DNA of 61,438 nt, filler included, from an uncultured virus (IMG/VR IMGVR_UViG_2061766007_002631) (taxonomy: Duplodnaviria > Heunggongvirae > Uroviricota > Caudoviricetes). It is 7 parts of one record of this genome, joined end to end, with 100 filler letters (N's around TTAATTAATTAA, not from the genome) between each part and the next. Parts side by side here need not be neighbours in the genome. Positions count along the whole stretch, not along the records: positions 48,884 to 61,438 come from IMGVR_UViG_2061766007_002631; 6 more parts are not named here. One strand, written 5' to 3'. The position numbers and the translations under genes were made by a program. Shown piece after piece: positions 58,598 to 61,438 of the stretch. The notes under the pieces were generated by a model. It saw nothing but the letters and a program-made list of their open reading frames with translations, had not been told where the DNA came from and searched no databases. Position 1 is the first letter of the stretch. The number at the start of each line of letters is the position of its first letter.

Positions 58598-58797
58598 ACG
58601 GCCCCCGAATGCGTCATCTTGGAAAACTTCAGCCCGCTTCCTCTGCGTTTCACGGCGTCCTTCGAGGCGAGATATTTGTCTGCGGCGATTTGTTCGGTCA
58701 GGGTGTGCTGCTCGACGCGCTGTCCGTCAACCTCGGCGGACTTCGGGCCGGATGCGTTTTTGACAATGGTTTCGGTGATTTTTTCGTGTTCGGACAT
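58594..58797 (-). CDS. gpW-like head completion protein (copies 59037-59139 and 59150-59266)
   Basis: 67-aa ORF GPKSAEVDGQRVEQHTLTEQIAADKYL overlapping the portal start, the position of lambda W. Confidence 0.68.
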   Translation of the reverse strand: MSEHEKITETIVKNASGPKSAEVDGQRVEQHTLTEQIAADKYLASKDAVKRRGSGLKFSKMTHSGAV

Positions 58798-59338
58798 AGT
58801 ATGCTCCCTGCTGCNNNNNNNNNNGGTCTGTGCGGCATCGAATCTTGCACGGACCGGTCTACGGAAATGCTGTTCCGGAGGTTTCGAGGCACGGAACATG
58901 TTCTTCAGTGTTTTGAACATCACACGGCCCCCGAATGCNNNNNNNNNNAGTCTGCGCGGCATCGAATCTTGCCCGGACCGGTCTGCGGAAATGCTGTTCC
59001 GGAGGTTTCGATGCACGGAACATGTTCTTCAGTGTTTTGAACATCACACGGCCCCCGAATGCGTCATTTTGGAAAACTTCAGCCCGCTCCCTCTGCGCTT
59101 CACGGCATCCTTCGAGGCAAGGTATTTGTCAGCTTCGATNNNNNNNNNNGGCTTCAATCTGCTCTTTCAGCGAATGCTGCTCGACGCGCTGTCCGTCAAC
59201 TTCGGCGGACTTCGGACCGGATGCGTTCTTGACAATGGTTTCTGTGATTTTTTCGTGTTCAGACATGATAAACTCCTTGACTTTTCTGCTTGATGGTGTA
59301 TTTTAGTTGTAACAATGTATTACCAATGGAGGCACACC

Positions 59339-59667
59339 ATGATTAAATCTCTGGTCAAACACGGAAACAGTTCCGCAATCGTCATCGAAAAGCCGATCCT
59401 GAGCCTGCTCGGCGCGACTGCGGACACGGCATTCGAAATGATCACAGACGGGAAANNNNNNNNNNCAACAGTTCAGCAATCGTCATCGAGAAGCCTATTC
59501 TGAGCTTGCTCGGCGCGACTGCGGACACGGCATTCGAAATGATCACAGACGGGAAATCCCTGATTCTCACTCCGATCCAGGATGCCGTGCGCCACAACAA
59601 ATTCCGCAAATCCGTGGAGAAGACGGGCAAGCGTTTCAACAAGACCTTTGAGGAGCTCGCCCGTTGA
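59339..59667 (+). CDS. AbrB/MazE-family antitoxin (two overlapping copies)
   Basis: MIKSLVKHGNSSAIVIEKPILSLLG...TDGKSLILTP...FEELAR*; stop overlaps the toxin start. Confidence 0.85.
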
Positions 59668-60059
59668 ACAAAGAACCTCTCTTCCTGACTTTCGCGGAAA
59701 TCATCGAAATCCACGATTATCAGATCAGCCACTTCGGCGGGTCGGACGGACTTCGCAGTGCGGAGATGCTGAAATCGGCAATCGGAATGCCGTCTTCAAC
59801 GTTTTCCGGCGAATATCTGCATCCGACTATCCCGGAGATGGCAGCCGCATACCTTTTTCACCTCGTCGAGAACCATCCGTTCCTTGACGGGAACAAACGT
59901 GTCGGCGCTATGGCTTCCCTCGTGTTCCTTGATCTGAACGGATACGAATTCGACGCTACGGATGAAGAGTTCACCGATCTGGTAATGCGGGTTGCCAGCG
60001 GAAAAATGCTCAAGTCTGAGGTTGTACTGTTTTTTCAGCAGCATTCTCATGACAGGTGA
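59664..60059 (+). CDS. doc: Death-on-curing (Doc/Fic) toxin
   Basis: HPFLDGNKRVG Doc motif and LTFAEIIEIH..GG..GLR N-terminus; second copy of the 3' end at 60111-60161. Confidence 0.9.
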   Translation: MNKEPLFLTFAEIIEIHDYQISHFGGSDGLRSAEMLKSAIGMPSSTFSGEYLHPTIPEMAAAYLFHLVENHPFLDGNKRVGAMASLVFLDLNGYEFDATDEEFTDLVMRVASGKMLKSEVVLFFQQHSHDR

Positions 60060-60171
60060 GGCTCTCGTCTGTCCCTTGACGAGCCTCACGTGAGGCTCGA
60101 NNNNNNNNNNAGGAAAAATGCTCAAGTCTGAGGTTGTACTGTTTTTTCAGCAGCATTCTCANNNNNNNNNN

Positions 60172-61438
60172 ACTTCCTCGACGGCCTGAATCCGATGCCC
60201 GATCCAGGCCATTACGTTCACGCACATGCTATTTCCGCATGCCTTGTACCTTGGAGCATCCGGGCATTCCTCTTCCGGCTTACCTTTCCACGAAATCCGT
60301 GTGTGGTTGTCGGGGAAGCCCATGAGGCGCTCACATTCGACCGGGAGGAGCTTGCGGACGGTCGACTGCCACCCGACACCGGGGACAGACGCGGAGGTAA
60401 TAGTGTTNNNNNNNNNNNNNNNNNNNNNNNNNNNNNNNNNNNNNNNNNNNNNNNNNNNNNNNNNNNNTGTCGCGTTCCTTAAATCAAGAGGAACACATTC
60501 AGGAGAATCGACCACGACCATTTCCGTGTTCGGGCCGTTTGCCGTCACGGTCTTTCCCGTGTCCGCCTCAGTCACATACAGCCCGCCGTTCGGCCGGTCT
60601 TTCCGTGTCCCGTTCGCATCGCAGAACGTGACGTTGTATGCAACGGCGGGAAGAGCGCCGCTCCGAAGCGTCGGGAACGTGTCGCCCCAAAACCCCTGCT
60701 GTTCCCCTCCGGCATCGTTCTTGATGAAGCCGACGGGTTTGTCTTCCTGAGGTTCATCGAAGCAGACAGCTCCGGGGCCCCTGGATGTCAGCGTGGGCTG
60801 AACATCTTCCGACAGGCTCATGCCGTATTTGGCATTCTGCCCTTGGTTGAACGCATCGCGACCAATCCCGACAGGCTTACACTCAATGATGGGCTCTATT
60901 ACGCACTGCAGGCGGCCTTTGTCGGGCATCAGCTGCCGGTCGCTCGTTCCGGTCAGCGTTCCGGCCTGATCGCTGCCATCCCACCACTGAGCTTCTTCGG
61001 TCAGAGTTACGATGGTTTGGTCATTGCCGGTCGCCAGCGTGTGGCTCAGGTCGTCGCCGACTAAAGCGCCTTTCCCTCCGCCCTCACAACCACCCCTCAT
61101 CCGGATTGACTTTGTCGTATCAAAGCCTCTTTCAGCACAGGGGGAAGCGACTTGCCTCTTCGTTCGGCGCGGCGGAGTATCCCCTCCGCACATTTCGCCG
61201 TCAAATAATACCGTTGCGGGATAGAGCCACGAATCAATATGTCCGATAACGAAGATACGTCGCCTTCTTTGCGGGATTGCCCTTGGAAATTCGGGAACTC
61301 TGGTGTACTGAGCGTCAAGTATTCTCCAAGCCAGACCGAAACATCCGGGAGCCGGGACGACAACACCACTTTTTCGCCAGCCACCCTGGGGGACGTCGAT
61401 TTCCCATCCGCACAGAAGCGATAGGAAGCTGGCAAAAT
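60172..61438 (-). CDS. C5-cytosine DNA methyltransferase with long multi-TRD variable region (partial)
   Basis: Motif VIII region, six T-[LVI] TRD-like units, VRKLLPVECERLMGFPD (IX) and RYKACGNSMCVNV (X). Confidence 0.88.
61097..61438 (-). CDS. Overlapping alternative-frame ORF inside the methyltransferase (second copy)
   Basis: ...SSLSDILIRGSIPQRYYLTAKCAEGILRRAERRGKSLPPVLKEALIRQSQSG*. Confidence 0.7.
   Translation of the reverse strand: MLPASYRFCADGKSTSPRVAGEKVVLSSRLPDVSVWLGEYLTLSTPEFPNFQGQSRKEGDVSSLSDILIRGSIPQRYYLTAKCAEGILRRAERRGKSLPPVLKEALIRQSQSG

Larger units (their letters stand above)
1..61438. mobile_element. Mosaic of fragments from >=7 related copies of a temperate siphovirus-like prophage (lambda-type head, non-contractile tail)
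   Basis: Portal, protease/capsid, tube, tape measure and fibre genes each recur many times on both strands as distinct, mostly synonymous nucleotide variants, separated by N gaps. No sheath, terminase or integrase was seen. Confidence 0.93.

Overview
This window is not a contiguous locus. It is a scaffold of more than 100 short contigs joined by N gaps (mostly 10 N, plus six artificial TTAATTAATTAA linkers). The contigs carry interleaved fragments, in both orientations, of at least seven diverged copies of one temperate siphovirus-like prophage. Links seen inside contigs allow most of the late operon to be rebuilt (a few links are inferred): gpW-like gene, lambda-type portal, fused protease/scaffold/major capsid, DUF2190 cement, head closure, small membrane protein, tail terminator, gp10-like gene, tail tube, G/GT chaperones with a conserved -1 slippery site, tape measure protein, tail-tip genes, a chain of five fibre-related genes (A-E), a putative chaperone, then a phospholipase A2-like / membrane peptide / lipoprotein cassette. 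Accessory genes on the opposite strand sit at fixed junctions: PIN/RelB and AbrB/Doc toxin-antitoxin pairs and a small basic Cc1-like protein. Fragments of a dual-coded C5 DNA methyltransferase and an amidoligase are also present. AIDA-like and Ig-like domains in the tail genes suggest a PVC-group (Lentisphaerota-like) host, which is an inference. The best leads are a C-terminal I-x-Y-[ED] / N-terminal K-[KI]...L[YF]PR[TA]S pattern linking the fibre genes, purifying selection on a second reading frame inside the methyltransferase, a lysis-position cassette with no visible endolysin, and a covarying hairpin after the last late gene. Family assignments come from motif recognition, not database searches.
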